Part shown: piece by piece, positions 38,384-47,625 of the stretch
Layout of the letters: the number at the start of each line of letters is the position of its first letter
Numbering within the stretch: the first letter of the stretch is position 1
IMG/VR virus record: IMGVR_UViG_3300035687_000009
Coordinates: 1-52,709 of that record
Origin: a virus
Lineage: Duplodnaviria; Caudoviricetes
Reading direction: 5' to 3' (one strand)
Length of the DNA stretch: 52,709 nt
The notes under the pieces: generated by a model
Database searches by the model: none
What the model was told of the DNA's origin: nothing
What the model saw: the letters and a program-made list of their open reading frames with translations, nothing else
Position numbers and translations under genes: made by a program

Positions 38384-38955
38384 TTGAGTAATTTTTGCAG
38401 GATGGGTAATGTTTTTTCCTTTTTCAAGTCGTTAATGTGAGTATTGCCCCCAGATCTGGCCGCTAGCTTCCGCATGAAAGATATTGCCTCGTGGTCATTC
38501 TCGTTTCCGATGAAAAGAATATCAATTATACCTGTAAGAAGGTCTGCCTGTTTCAATGCCTCCTGTTCATCATCGGGGCGTCCATCGCTAATTATCAGGG
38601 TATGACAGGGGTTATATGTTGTAATATGAGCAATAGCAATGTGCAAGGCTGTGTTTCCGGCTGGTGGTGGAATATTACCAGGATTAACATCCTGCGCAAA
38701 TGCCGAAAAAGCAATTAATCTCCTAGCGCTCCAATCAATGGTATTGTCTTGCAATGCTTTTCTTAGCAACTCGTATTTTGTCGCATGGCCCACTGATTCA
38801 CTCATGCTTGATGAAATATCGGCTAGGATGAATTTCATATCGGTACAGTTCTTTTTGAATGAATGCCTTTGTACCGTTTCAGTCACTTTTTTAGATACCG
38901 CTGATTTTGCTGCTGTATCTATTAATTTTTGTAGAGGATTCGTTAGTTCGTTCAT
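38380..38955 (-). CDS. vWA-domain protein
   Basis: MIDAS DISSS, GNTALH, IISDGRPD, ILFIG, LAARSGG. Confidence 0.85.
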   Translation of the reverse strand: MNELTNPLQKLIDTAAKSAVSKKVTETVQRHSFKKNCTDMKFILADISSSMSESVGHATKYELLRKALQDNTIDWSARRLIAFSAFAQDVNPGNIPPPAGNTALHIAIAHITTYNPCHTLIISDGRPDDEQEALKQADLLTGIIDILFIGNENDHEAISFMRKLAARSGGNTHINDLKKEKTLPILQKLLK

Positions 38956-39557
38956 GGTTGATACTGGATAGCCTGGTTAACATTAATTTTTCCCTCGGCC
39001 CAATGGGCTGCAATATCCTTCATCAGGTTTTTGTAATCAGTCAGATCCTGTTCTGAAAGTTTTGATATCAACTTATTTTTTTTCAGGCTACCAGGAGCGT
39101 TGATCGAATTTCCAGTGACAAAGTACACCGACCATTCATCCCCTTGATACCCTTGCTTGCCGCCGTATGATACGTACACACGTCTTTCATTTGTGCCATA
39201 TTTTTTCCATACATTAATCCACAACCCTGAGGCGCTGTAATCGGGTTCTATAGCATTGATAATTTTCATGAATCGCTCAGAAAATTCCTTATCCTTCAGC
39301 CAGTTGTTTTTCTGCTTTTCTTCTGCAATTTTTGCGGCAGCCCTAGCCATTTCGCTTCGTTCAATTTCCTGAATCTCCATCAGCCTTGATTTTTCTTTGG
39401 CGCGATGCGCTGCTGATTCTTTGATCTCCTGCTTTTCTTTTTCTGTCAGCAAAATTTCGCGAGCTTCAGAAACCATGTTACGGTGAATGCTTTCTTTCAT
39501 AAGCCCTTGAAGTAATTCAAGGACTTGTTCGTTCGATAGCGAGCTGTAGTCTATCAT
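38952..39557 (-). CDS. Hypothetical coiled-coil protein
   Basis: VWKKYGTNERRVYVS motif resembling 36747..37361. Confidence 0.75.
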   Translation of the reverse strand: MIDYSSLSNEQVLELLQGLMKESIHRNMVSEAREILLTEKEKQEIKESAAHRAKEKSRLMEIQEIERSEMARAAAKIAEEKQKNNWLKDKEFSERFMKIINAIEPDYSASGLWINVWKKYGTNERRVYVSYGGKQGYQGDEWSVYFVTGNSINAPGSLKKNKLISKLSEQDLTDYKNLMKDIAAHWAEGKINVNQAIQYQP

Positions 39558-40042
39558 GATTGTAAGGTTTTCAAAAACCGCGCTGCATATACCGATACGT
39601 CTGCCTTACCTGATTTCCCACTGAACAGGGTGTTAACCGAGTTCATGACATCGAAGATATTTTCAAAGTTGTATTCGTCATCCCGCCTTTCGCGCCCGTC
39701 AATCCAGAATTTTGCAGATGTTTGTGAGAACAGCCATATTTGAAATTCGTCTATTTTTTCGAAATTTTCAAACTTAGGGAGCTGGCTTATTATTTCAGCT
39801 CGCAATGCTTCGGCCCATGCTATTTGTTTGTCAGATCCGGTTAGTGCGGGGAGCCCGATCTCTTTTGCTTCAGATGAAGCTTTTTCACTGGCTTCTTTTC
39901 TTTGCTGGGCTTGTTCTTCTTTCCAGCAATCGGTACACAATGTGCCCTCTAGCCATGATACCTTGTTGTCACGTTCGGAGTGTTTGCCAAATAATTGATG
40001 AGTTTGCTCATGACCACATGAATGCGTTACTTCGTATTTCAT
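39554..40042 (-). CDS. Zn-binding hypothetical protein (LTGSxKQIAWA type)
   Basis: HSCGH...LCTDC, LPALTGSDKQIAWAEALR. Confidence 0.8.
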   Translation of the reverse strand: MKYEVTHSCGHEQTHQLFGKHSERDNKVSWLEGTLCTDCWKEEQAQQRKEASEKASSEAKEIGLPALTGSDKQIAWAEALRAEIISQLPKFENFEKIDEFQIWLFSQTSAKFWIDGRERRDDEYNFENIFDVMNSVNTLFSGKSGKADVSVYAARFLKTLQS

Positions 40043-40104
40043 AATTCTATCTATTTGTTTTTGCAGTCTGTCCAGGCCGACTGTATCACCCTTGAATTAT
40101 AATA

Positions 40105-40136
40105 CTAAGATATACAGTTTTCCATATATCTCCAAA
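40105..40136 (-). promoter_or_regulatory. Promoter of the vWA module
   Basis: Minus-strand TTTG-N20-TATCTTAG. Confidence 0.55.
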
Positions 40137-40429
40137 TCTTTTATGAAATATTTTACCTTATTTTTCACCCCTGCAATACAGCCTATTATAGCGTATATAG
40201 TTTTCAGTATACTCCACTATTACCAGGTATCGGATAGTGTTTCTAATGACCTGTAATGAAGCCGATTTTTTTAGGTAAAAATAGAAAGTGCGTTTTTAGG
40301 CTAATTTAAGGGGTCGTTATTTCTTATCCTTCGGTTTGTGTGGGCAAAACCAACAGAATGTAATCTTCGGGCGTGTGATGTCACGGCCACATAAGCACTC
40401 ATTAGATGGGCGTTTATTCTCGATAATCT

Positions 40430-41125
40430 TCATAGCTTCTCAAACTCAATTCTCCATACCCATGGATTAGCCTTCAAAGATTCAGCGCCGTTGATGGATT
40501 CCCAAAGGGTGAAGAATGACAGCTGTGCTGTATCCTGGGTTACCTCACAAACTCCATTAATGATTCTGGTATAATCTGGCCAACCCGCATTCATCTGGAA
40601 TCCGTGACCAACCCCCTCTCTTATTGCATCCTCTTCAGTTATATCATGGAGTCTTTCAACGCTGACGGATTTGATCAATAGTTTGAGACGGCAGGCCGAG
40701 CGAGGCATGAAGATTGAAGGCTTCCAGTGAATATCTTTCCATTTCGGAAAATCTACACAGTCTGCTTTGTATTTTATCTGGTCGCCAATCTCTGCAAAAG
40801 TCTCTCTAACCCAAAGGATATTTCCAACTTTTCCGTATGGGCATTGGATGTCGATCAGGTGAGAAGCCAGGGATCCGGGTTTTGGTTTGAATCTAAATAC
40901 CGGCTGATCTTTTTGTTTGCAACTCGGATGTATCTCTCCAATAAAACGAACAGAGCGTGGGGAAGTGTTAATTATTTCCAAACCTTTCGTCATTCGCGTG
41001 AGATCCTTCCGATCTTCCAATACAGAGATTACCATTTGGGTAATGAATGGTATCGGGCGTTCTTTAACTACGTCATTGGAATAGAAGGCTTTGATTTGAG
41101 AATCAGGAACAGATGTTGCTTTCAT
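40430..41125 (-). CDS. ASCH/PUA-like phage protein
   Basis: ERPIPF, CPYGKVGNILWVRETF, WKPSIFMPR, NPWVWRIEF. Confidence 0.8.
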   Translation of the reverse strand: MKATSVPDSQIKAFYSNDVVKERPIPFITQMVISVLEDRKDLTRMTKGLEIINTSPRSVRFIGEIHPSCKQKDQPVFRFKPKPGSLASHLIDIQCPYGKVGNILWVRETFAEIGDQIKYKADCVDFPKWKDIHWKPSIFMPRSACRLKLLIKSVSVERLHDITEEDAIREGVGHGFQMNAGWPDYTRIINGVCEVTQDTAQLSFFTLWESINGAESLKANPWVWRIEFEKL

Positions 41126-41136
41126 TTTTAATATGT

Positions 41137-41529
41137 TTAAATGCTTCGTGTTGTTTTGTAACCTTTTTCTTTTGCCTCTACCGGATTATCATGGATGTTC
41201 TCGTGATGTTTCCGGCAGACAGCCATAAATTTATTCGTGTCTGTTAAGTGCTCATTCTCTCTGCCACCAATATGATGTATCTCAACAGATTTTAAATGGC
41301 ATCCTTCTACTTCACAACATGGAAATGCTATGAGGTACTCTTTCGCCAACTTGTGATATTCGTTTAGCTGGGTCTGTCTTTTGAGTGTTACCTTTTGAGC
41401 CTGCCTCACAACTTGCGTTTTCTTAGCAGCACGTTCGTTTCTCCGATTCTCAGAATTATGCGATGCGCAAAAATCTGTAGATCCTTCAGCGATAGCGCCG
41501 CACCAACAATGTTTAATTTCTCGTTTCAT
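41137..41529 (-). CDS. HNH-like nuclease
   Basis: CEVEGC...EIHHIGGR...AVCRKHHENIH. Confidence 0.7.
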   Translation of the reverse strand: MKREIKHCWCGAIAEGSTDFCASHNSENRRNERAAKKTQVVRQAQKVTLKRQTQLNEYHKLAKEYLIAFPCCEVEGCHLKSVEIHHIGGRENEHLTDTNKFMAVCRKHHENIHDNPVEAKEKGYKTTRSI

Positions 41530-41534
41530 AAGTT

Positions 41535-41858
41535 TTATCCGTTTACTGCTTTTCGCAATTCATCACTTAATTCTTTCGGTGATCCATACACCCAACCACC
41601 TGGGAAAAAGCTTGATGATTTCAGCTCCCCGCCGACCATCCAGACTGTGTGCCATCCTCCATGGTCATGGATCTCAGCGTGCCATCTACCGTGAGAATAT
41701 GAAGTAGGATATTTATTACTGATTTTCTTAAAACCGAAAAGTTTAAGCACTCTCTTGAATGAGTTTTGTGAGCGCTCAATCTCTTTCCTTCGTTCTTCAA
41801 TCAGCAGACATTGCTCACTGGTTAATTTTATCCTAACACCTTCAATGACTACTTCCAT
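41535..41858 (-). CDS. Hypothetical protein
   Basis: ATG ORF in the operon. Confidence 0.7.
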   Translation of the reverse strand: MEVVIEGVRIKLTSEQCLLIEERRKEIERSQNSFKRVLKLFGFKKISNKYPTSYSHGRWHAEIHDHGGWHTVWMVGGELKSSSFFPGGWVYGSPKELSDELRKAVNG

Positions 41859-41872
41859 GGGTTAAACAATGT

Positions 41873-42448
41873 TTAATCGTTCTCATTTGATTTTATTTGA
41901 TGTTCAGTTATAGCGCCGCGTTGCAAAAGGAAATTTATTCGATACTCTACAGCGTTGCGTTTACTTTTAGGTAGACTACTTTTCTTTTGCTTGATTAGTT
42001 TATACTCAATTATCAGGTTTTCTTTTTCCGGGATCACCCTGCCAATCGTTTTAAGTAATTTGATGCCTCTCTGAATTTCTGATTCCCTCATTGGAATATT
42101 ATTTTCTCCAAGCACTTTTAATATGGCATCTTGAATAATATTATCAGTCATTGGTTTACCGTTCGTTCGCGGCAACTGCATTTTAGCGATAGTCTCCGGG
42201 GAATACTTTCTAAGCTCATCACGCACATATCCCTTTCGCCATCTCCACGCTTTCAATCCATCAACTATTGATACTTCGACAAGCCCATCCTTTTCAAATT
42301 TTTTCATTACCCGATAAATATTCTGGCCGCACCGACATTTAAAACAATAGTGGTATGGGTATGAAAAATCACCACAAGCCGGACAAAGACCCTCCGCTAT
42401 ACGTTGCTGACGTTTGGTTTTTGGATCAATTGTTAAATTGTTTTCCAT
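41873..42448 (-). CDS. Zn-finger protein
   Basis: GLCPACG...YCFKC. Confidence 0.7.
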   Translation of the reverse strand: MENNLTIDPKTKRQQRIAEGLCPACGDFSYPYHYCFKCRCGQNIYRVMKKFEKDGLVEVSIVDGLKAWRWRKGYVRDELRKYSPETIAKMQLPRTNGKPMTDNIIQDAILKVLGENNIPMRESEIQRGIKLLKTIGRVIPEKENLIIEYKLIKQKKSSLPKSKRNAVEYRINFLLQRGAITEHQIKSNEND

Positions 42449-42491
42449 ACTATAATTTCGCTATTTTTATTTACAACTCCATGCCTACACG

Positions 42492-42830
42492 CTAAACAAT
42501 TTTCCCTATCGAACAGCACGCTAAAGCGTTCCTGTGTGCTACATTAAATTCTTCTTCAGAGCATTCTACAGTACTATACTCATCATTGCATATTGATCTG
42601 ATGATATAATTATCTGCTATCTGAACGGACATATCTTTCTCTTTCACTAAGACTCTGATAACGGTGTCTCCATCGATCTTGAAGAACTCACGATTTACGA
42701 ACTTTGATTTCCTGTACTGTGGCATAACTTTGTTTTTTAAAAGAAACTTTCCGTAACCCTTAACTTTATCTTTCACCTCCTGTGGTGTTTCATTGTAGAT
42801 TCTACGGGCTAGTTTGCTGGGCATTTTCAA
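42492..42830 (-). CDS. Hypothetical protein
   Basis: ORF overlapping the upstream stop. Confidence 0.6.
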   Translation of the reverse strand: MKMPSKLARRIYNETPQEVKDKVKGYGKFLLKNKVMPQYRKSKFVNREFFKIDGDTVIRVLVKEKDMSVQIADNYIIRSICNDEYSTVECSEEEFNVAHRNALACCSIGKIV

Positions 42831-43111
42831 AATGGTGTTTCATTCGGATTATACTTACGCTCCCTTTCAAGTTTTAAGAGGGCTCTCAACTCCTGGTTTT
42901 CTTTGACTAGTTCTGCTACTTTGTTGAGGCAATCCGCAACATGCTCCCCAAAATCGTCCTGCGTTTTGATGAATGGGTTAACAATAGACCTGCGAACACT
43001 CAAACAAATTTTCCCATCACTATCCATAACCATCTTGACTTCTCTGTCGTAACAAAAGGGCGCGATATACCATTTTCGCCAGTTTTCGGTTTTAATTTTT
43101 TTACTATCCAT
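42827..43111 (-). CDS. Hypothetical protein
   Basis: ATG ORF in the operon. Confidence 0.65.
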   Translation of the reverse strand: MDSKKIKTENWRKWYIAPFCYDREVKMVMDSDGKICLSVRRSIVNPFIKTQDDFGEHVADCLNKVAELVKENQELRALLKLERERKYNPNETPF

Positions 43112-43123
43112 TTTTTTGGGAGG

Positions 43124-44002
43124 TTAAGACCTTCTGCTTTTTGCTTGATTATAAATCTTTTCCGCGTCCTCGATTGTTGCAGCGTACACATAATGCCCTT
43201 CATCATCATCGAACCTGCTCAACTCCTGATCAGGTGAATTTTTATAAAATTCCGCGGAGATGCTTTTTAAATCCCGCTGGAATAATTTGTAACGCTGGTA
43301 GGCGTTTGCATCAGCATTGTTTGTATTCTTAATCGGGATAGCTGCGTTTTTTTTGATTTCTTCGATCTGCCAGGGCTGAAGATGTTTTTCCAGAACAGGA
43401 TCCACCTCACCGGTTACAGCGACTTGAAGGGCGGCAAGTAAATTCCTTTCCGGGTTTATCTCTGCTGGTTTACCTTCCTTTCGCTTCACCTGGTAGATGC
43501 TTTCCTTTTCCTGCATCAGAGTTGATTCCACTACCTGGTATTTTTCTTCGAGGTATCTCTTCATCCATCCGGTTATTACCGCGCCATCCAGCCTGAAGAT
43601 CTCACCATAGTTGCCCATAGCACCCCGTTTGAAGCAGATGGATATATCCTCAATGGATTCAGATTTGAAAGCCTCGTAAAGCTGCTGTGCGATAACTGGT
43701 AGTTGGTGAGCTTGAAGGTTTAGCCTTTGATCAACGTTCATCATGGAGGCGAGTTCAATCAATTCAAACTCAATAAAGGCTGGGACTTTTTCCGTTGATA
43801 TCTGCATAGTCAGCATCGGAACACCAAGCTCAATCGCTTTTTCGATTGTTGTAGGCATCATCTTACTTACTTGGCTGAAGTTTGCAAAAGATAAAAAATT
43901 AGCCTGGTCAATGAGTCTCTGAGGCACCGTGTCGCTTTGCAAAATCTTCTGCAAGGTTTCGGATATGCTCGTTGTTTTTATTAATTCCTGATTGTTTTCC
44001 AT
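43124..44002 (-). CDS. Replication-associated protein (DUF6633-like)
   Basis: SIEDISICFKRGAMGNYGEIFRLDGAVITGW; overlaps the initiator 3' end. Confidence 0.6.
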   Translation of the reverse strand: MENNQELIKTTSISETLQKILQSDTVPQRLIDQANFLSFANFSQVSKMMPTTIEKAIELGVPMLTMQISTEKVPAFIEFELIELASMMNVDQRLNLQAHQLPVIAQQLYEAFKSESIEDISICFKRGAMGNYGEIFRLDGAVITGWMKRYLEEKYQVVESTLMQEKESIYQVKRKEGKPAEINPERNLLAALQVAVTGEVDPVLEKHLQPWQIEEIKKNAAIPIKNTNNADANAYQRYKLFQRDLKSISAEFYKNSPDQELSRFDDDEGHYVYAATIEDAEKIYNQAKSRRS

Positions 44003-44681
44003 AACTCTTTTTCCCTTTGTAATCTCTTAGCTGTTTTTGAAACGCAAGGCGTATACCACCTTCAGAATGATTTTTATAAAAATCCGGTGATCCCCTGACC
44101 TTCTCGCGGAATGATCGCACTTCAAAATCAAAATCCAGGTGTGGCCATTTGTTGCGTTGATTATTGAGGTATATGTCATCCAGTTCTTCAAGTTTTTCCT
44201 CGATGACATCTACCGCCGCTTCAAGCGAATTGTATTTAAAGCCATCAGAAGAAATTTCACCAGACTCTTTTTTATTTTTTAATTGAAGATTAGTATCAAT
44301 ATCAAGATCATTATTAAGGTTATGCTTTGGGTTATGTTTTGGGTTAATATCTGGGTTATGTTTTGGGTTCCTATTTCTAGGTCGTCCTCCTTTTTGGCCG
44401 TTATTCTTCTGTTTACTCCAGAATGCGCGAACCTTTTCAAGTTTTTCATTCTGAAGTTTCCCAGGTTCAATCTCTTTGAATTTATCTTTTAGCTTAACCC
44501 AAACTTTATTTACTTCGGGTTCGATTAATGACAATTCATCGATATCACTTGGAATAAATCCGTGGTCGTATTGATGAATTAATAAGCCGATGTAAACACC
44601 CTTCAGCTCTGCTCTCATGCCTCGCGTGCCTTTAATCCAATCACCCATCATGAGTGGCATGTAGACTTTTTGATCACCCAT
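43908..44681 (-). CDS. Replication initiator (DUF1376/YdaU-like)
   Basis: YMPLMMGDWIKGTRGMRAELKGVYIGLL, NGQKGGRP, internal NPKH repeats. Confidence 0.8.
   Translation of the reverse strand: MGDQKVYMPLMMGDWIKGTRGMRAELKGVYIGLLIHQYDHGFIPSDIDELSLIEPEVNKVWVKLKDKFKEIEPGKLQNEKLEKVRAFWSKQKNNGQKGGRPRNRNPKHNPDINPKHNPKHNLNNDLDIDTNLQLKNKKESGEISSDGFKYNSLEAAVDVIEEKLEELDDIYLNNQRNKWPHLDFDFEVRSFREKVRGSPDFYKNHSEGGIRLAFQKQLRDYKGKKSYGKQSGINKNNEHIRNLAEDFAKRHGASETH
44317..44369. repeat. Four 12-bp iteron-like repeats (probable origin)
   Basis: AGGTTATGCTTT GGGTTATGTTTT GGGTTAATATCT GGGTTATGTTTT GGGTT next to an AT-rich tract inside the initiator gene. Confidence 0.75.
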
Positions 44682-44805
44682 TATTCACCTCCGATAGTTT
44701 AGGACGCTGTGTTTTTATCTTCGTTAATCTCATGTAACCTTTTTCTATTTTGCTGTTCAAATTATACAGTGCTCTTATCTCGTATTCTTTTAGGAGGGAT
44801 GAAGC

Positions 44806-45444
44806 TCATACAGTGAATATTTTAAGTTGAGATTTGTACTGCTGAAATCTTTTCTCCTGAGCCTGAAAATAATCAGTGTCGATCTCGTAGCCGGTAAAGT
44901 CAAAGCCCATTTCGTAGGCTGCTATTCGTGATGAGCCTGATCCAAGATGAGTGTCAAGGATTTTATTGCCGGGATGGGCGTAGTTCTTTAGGAGGTACTT
45001 GTATAATGATGTAGGTTTCTGTGTGGGATGGAATCTCTCCTCATAAATCTCCTTCCTGACCCCATCCCAAGTGAACTTATAATACCTTACAGCAGTTTCA
45101 AATGACGACCAAGCAAGCTCACCATCCGCAAAATCTCCATATCTATCCTTATCCCAAAAAATCCAACATGAACTATCAAATGGCATCTTGCTTATAAAAT
45201 GATTTGCGCCCCAAACGATTTGGTTTTTTGAAACCCTGAACAACTCTTCGAAATAAGATTTATCTGGAGTTTGATTGTCCCATTTCTTTTTCTTGTATTT
45301 TTTTTGGGAATGATGTCTGGAAATATTACCTCCGTCTTCCCCCAATCCATATGGCGGATCCACGATAGCCAAATCAAAATACTTATCTGGGTATTTCTTC
45401 ATCCCTTCCATACAGTCAATATTGAATACTTCAGATAATGGCAT
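44806..45444 (-). CDS. DNA adenine methyltransferase (beta class)
   Basis: IVDPPYG, HPTQKP, ILDTHLGSGS. Confidence 0.9.
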   Translation of the reverse strand: MPLSEVFNIDCMEGMKKYPDKYFDLAIVDPPYGLGEDGGNISRHHSQKKYKKKKWDNQTPDKSYFEELFRVSKNQIVWGANHFISKMPFDSSCWIFWDKDRYGDFADGELAWSSFETAVRYYKFTWDGVRKEIYEERFHPTQKPTSLYKYLLKNYAHPGNKILDTHLGSGSSRIAAYEMGFDFTGYEIDTDYFQAQEKRFQQYKSQLKIFTV

Positions 45445-45684
45445 AGCGGTATAAATAATTTTCGTTAGGTAAAAAAGTGGAGGCTCTTACGCGACCTCCT
45501 TACGTTATAAGTTGCCGTGGTGTCTGGGTACTATACAGATCCAGCCCATCCACGGCTTTCATAGCGCAGTCTCCACGATCACTGATCACAACCTTTCAGA
45601 AGACTAGCTTCATCCTGGAGATCCGCGCGGCAGTGATACCTTTGCGGACTAAATCCACGTGTTTATGAGACCACTTAGCGGTTG

Positions 45685-45895
45685 TGATGGAGGCAGGATT
45701 CGAACCTGCACGACTTATATTCCTTGATGTTAGTCAGCACTCCCAAAGGAGGATACTCGTTATTATTTTCATCAAGCTTTTTTTCTGGTCTATCTTTGCT
45801 TACCGGATATTCACCTGACTTGTCTTACAGCAAAGCTTTTTCATAAACCAGTCTCAACCGTTATTGTTAGCGTCTACCAGTTCCGCCACTCCATC
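45685..45895 (-). ncRNA. tRNA-Leu-like RNA with about 160-nt structured insert and no anticodon arm
   Basis: Acceptor GATGGAG/CTCCATC + A; D arm TGGCGGAACTGGTAGACGC; T arm GCAGG-TTCGAAT-CCTGC. Confidence 0.75.
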
Positions 45896-45975
45896 AAATG
45901 ATCGGGCAGGGCACACTCCCGACAAACCCCATTAACCTGTATAACTCGTTACGTTATCGCCCACTTGGTATCTTA

Positions 45976-46239
45976 TTATACAACCGTGGCGTAAAGACGC
46001 TCAATTGAAATAACAAACTGCCTTTGCTTCTGCTCTCCATTATTAGCGTAACTGTGACCAGCCGCTGCTAATTTTATAACAGGGGTAATTTCCGCAAAGT
46101 TTTCAGACACAAGGGCAACCATGTGAGGAAGTGCTGAGTCGTACTCAACTCTACTTTGACCATCCAAATTTCCTGCATGTGCTGTTAACGCCGTAGCGAC
46201 ACTTGCAGGACTTCCAATGTAATTTACTGACCAACTCAT
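45976..46239 (-). CDS. Hypothetical protein
   Basis: ATG ORF with A-rich leader. Confidence 0.7.
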   Translation of the reverse strand: MSWSVNYIGSPASVATALTAHAGNLDGQSRVEYDSALPHMVALVSENFAEITPVIKLAAAGHSYANNGEQKQRQFVISIERLYATVV

Positions 46240-46285
46240 TTTATTTTATAGATGGTGTAACGCCATCCCGCGTTTTAATTTTTAT

Positions 46286-46618
46286 TTATTTTACAATCGT
46301 ACTCTTCCATACTGATGCCGGTGTATGATGTGCCTTCACATTCTTAACCGTTCTATATCCTGCTTTGAAAACTATCCCGTTGTGAGCAGCTTTCCGGATA
46401 ACCCCTCCCCATGCTTTTTTACTTGGAGGTTCAGGTACTATTCCTTGCGAAGCGTTCCTGACATCTTCAACCATGAACACAGGATTTATCTCTGCGTAAC
46501 CTTTCAAAAATTCATAAGCCTGGTCACTCCAGTTACCATGAACTTTGTCGGCATGATCAACCCCTCTTTGAATTGCGTCAGCTGTTATCTTGAAATCTAT
46601 CTCTCTCTGTAATGTCAT
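46286..46618 (-). CDS. Conserved-looking phage hypothetical protein
   Basis: FMVEDVR...PEPPSKKAWGGVI...HHTPASVW. Confidence 0.75.
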   Translation of the reverse strand: MTLQREIDFKITADAIQRGVDHADKVHGNWSDQAYEFLKGYAEINPVFMVEDVRNASQGIVPEPPSKKAWGGVIRKAAHNGIVFKAGYRTVKNVKAHHTPASVWKSTIVK

Positions 46619-46836
46619 AGCATGTTCCGTAAGTACACAAGCTCAGCCTCGTATATTTTTGTTTTACGTAGTTCCTCGTTCATCTTCTGATACTCAGTTA
46701 TTTTATCTTGATCCAGGCTGTCACTTAAAATTATTTCATCACGCTTGCCTTTTAATTTGTCGGACAGTCTCTTATTGCGATCCCGTAAAGCGTTGATCGT
46801 ATCCTTTAGTTTTGGCTTTGAGAAAAATGACTCCAT
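46615..46836 (-). CDS. Hypothetical protein
   Basis: ATGA-coupled. Confidence 0.6.
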   Translation of the reverse strand: MESFFSKPKLKDTINALRDRNKRLSDKLKGKRDEIILSDSLDQDKITEYQKMNEELRKTKIYEAELVYLRNML

Positions 46837-46839
46837 TTC

Positions 46840-47061
46840 TTACCAGTTATATTTTTGTCCCAGATAAGTAACTATTGCTATAAGAACCATTATCACGGGC
46901 AATCCGATAATAGCCAGCACTATCATTAACCCGGTGTTACGATCATCGGGTAAGTCCTGTGGCCTTACTTCTCTTTTCCGTGCCCGTCTTGTGGCGTTAG
47001 GAAACATTTTCATAAGGCTTGTTGTCTTATCTGTATTATTCATCATAAATAATCGCTTCAC
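46840..47061 (-). CDS. Small membrane protein
   Basis: C-terminal TM. Confidence 0.6.
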   Translation of the reverse strand: MKRLFMMNNTDKTTSLMKMFPNATRRARKREVRPQDLPDDRNTGLMIVLAIIGLPVIMVLIAIVTYLGQKYNW

Positions 47062-47405
47062 AATTTTAGCTTTATAGTTGTATTTGATCGCGTACTTTCA
47101 TTTTCTTTTTTTAACCGTTCAACTTCTTTTGTTAGCTCTTGCTCCTTCATTTGAAGGCTATTGATTTCATTCAGCATTGCCGACTCCTTGTTATTATCCA
47201 ATAACATATTATTAGCTTGTAAGTACCTTGCGGCTGCATCCCTCAGCTTTTCATTTTCTTCAATGAGTGATTTGTTCCAGAGGGTGGAAAATTCAACCAG
47301 TAAATCAGCAACCCTTGTGATGCCAACAAAATTATTTATAGTGTAGCTTTTTGATTTTAAGAAATCAGCTACCTGATCCTTACATTCTTGAAGTGTTGTA
47401 TTCAT
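47058..47405 (-). CDS. Hypothetical coiled-coil protein
   Basis: ATG ORF in the operon. Confidence 0.6.
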   Translation of the reverse strand: MNTTLQECKDQVADFLKSKSYTINNFVGITRVADLLVEFSTLWNKSLIEENEKLRDAAARYLQANNMLLDNNKESAMLNEINSLQMKEQELTKEVERLKKENESTRSNTTIKLKL

Positions 47406-47411
47406 GAGTGG

Positions 47412-47624
47412 TTAATCTTTAGTTGAACAAAATCCATTACATTCAAGCAATGACTCTGGCTCCCGCCCGTTCATCATTGATATATCTTTCATATTCGGAT
47501 AGTCTGGATTTGGTTTCAGGAAGACTAATCCACCTCCTTTTGATTGATCTTTACAGATTGTTACTGGCTGTCCTTTAGCGCTTGCGATTCCCCCGCTCCA
47601 CCATGCTATAACTCTTGTTTTCAT
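47412..47624 (-). pseudogene. Internally deleted PAPS-reductase-like (PP-loop) gene
   Basis: N-terminal VIAWWSGGIASA joined directly to a C-terminal KGQPVT...LECNGFC segment; only 70 aa. Confidence 0.65.
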
Positions 47625-47625
47625 T

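Noticed and set aside
44806-45444. Restriction-modification system
   Set aside because: No adjacent restriction nuclease; orphan methylases are common in phage early regions
45685-45895. tmRNA or group I intron-containing tRNA
   Set aside because: No G3-U70 pair or convincing tag frame; insert is short, shows no recognisable group I core, and no anticodon stem can be rebuilt
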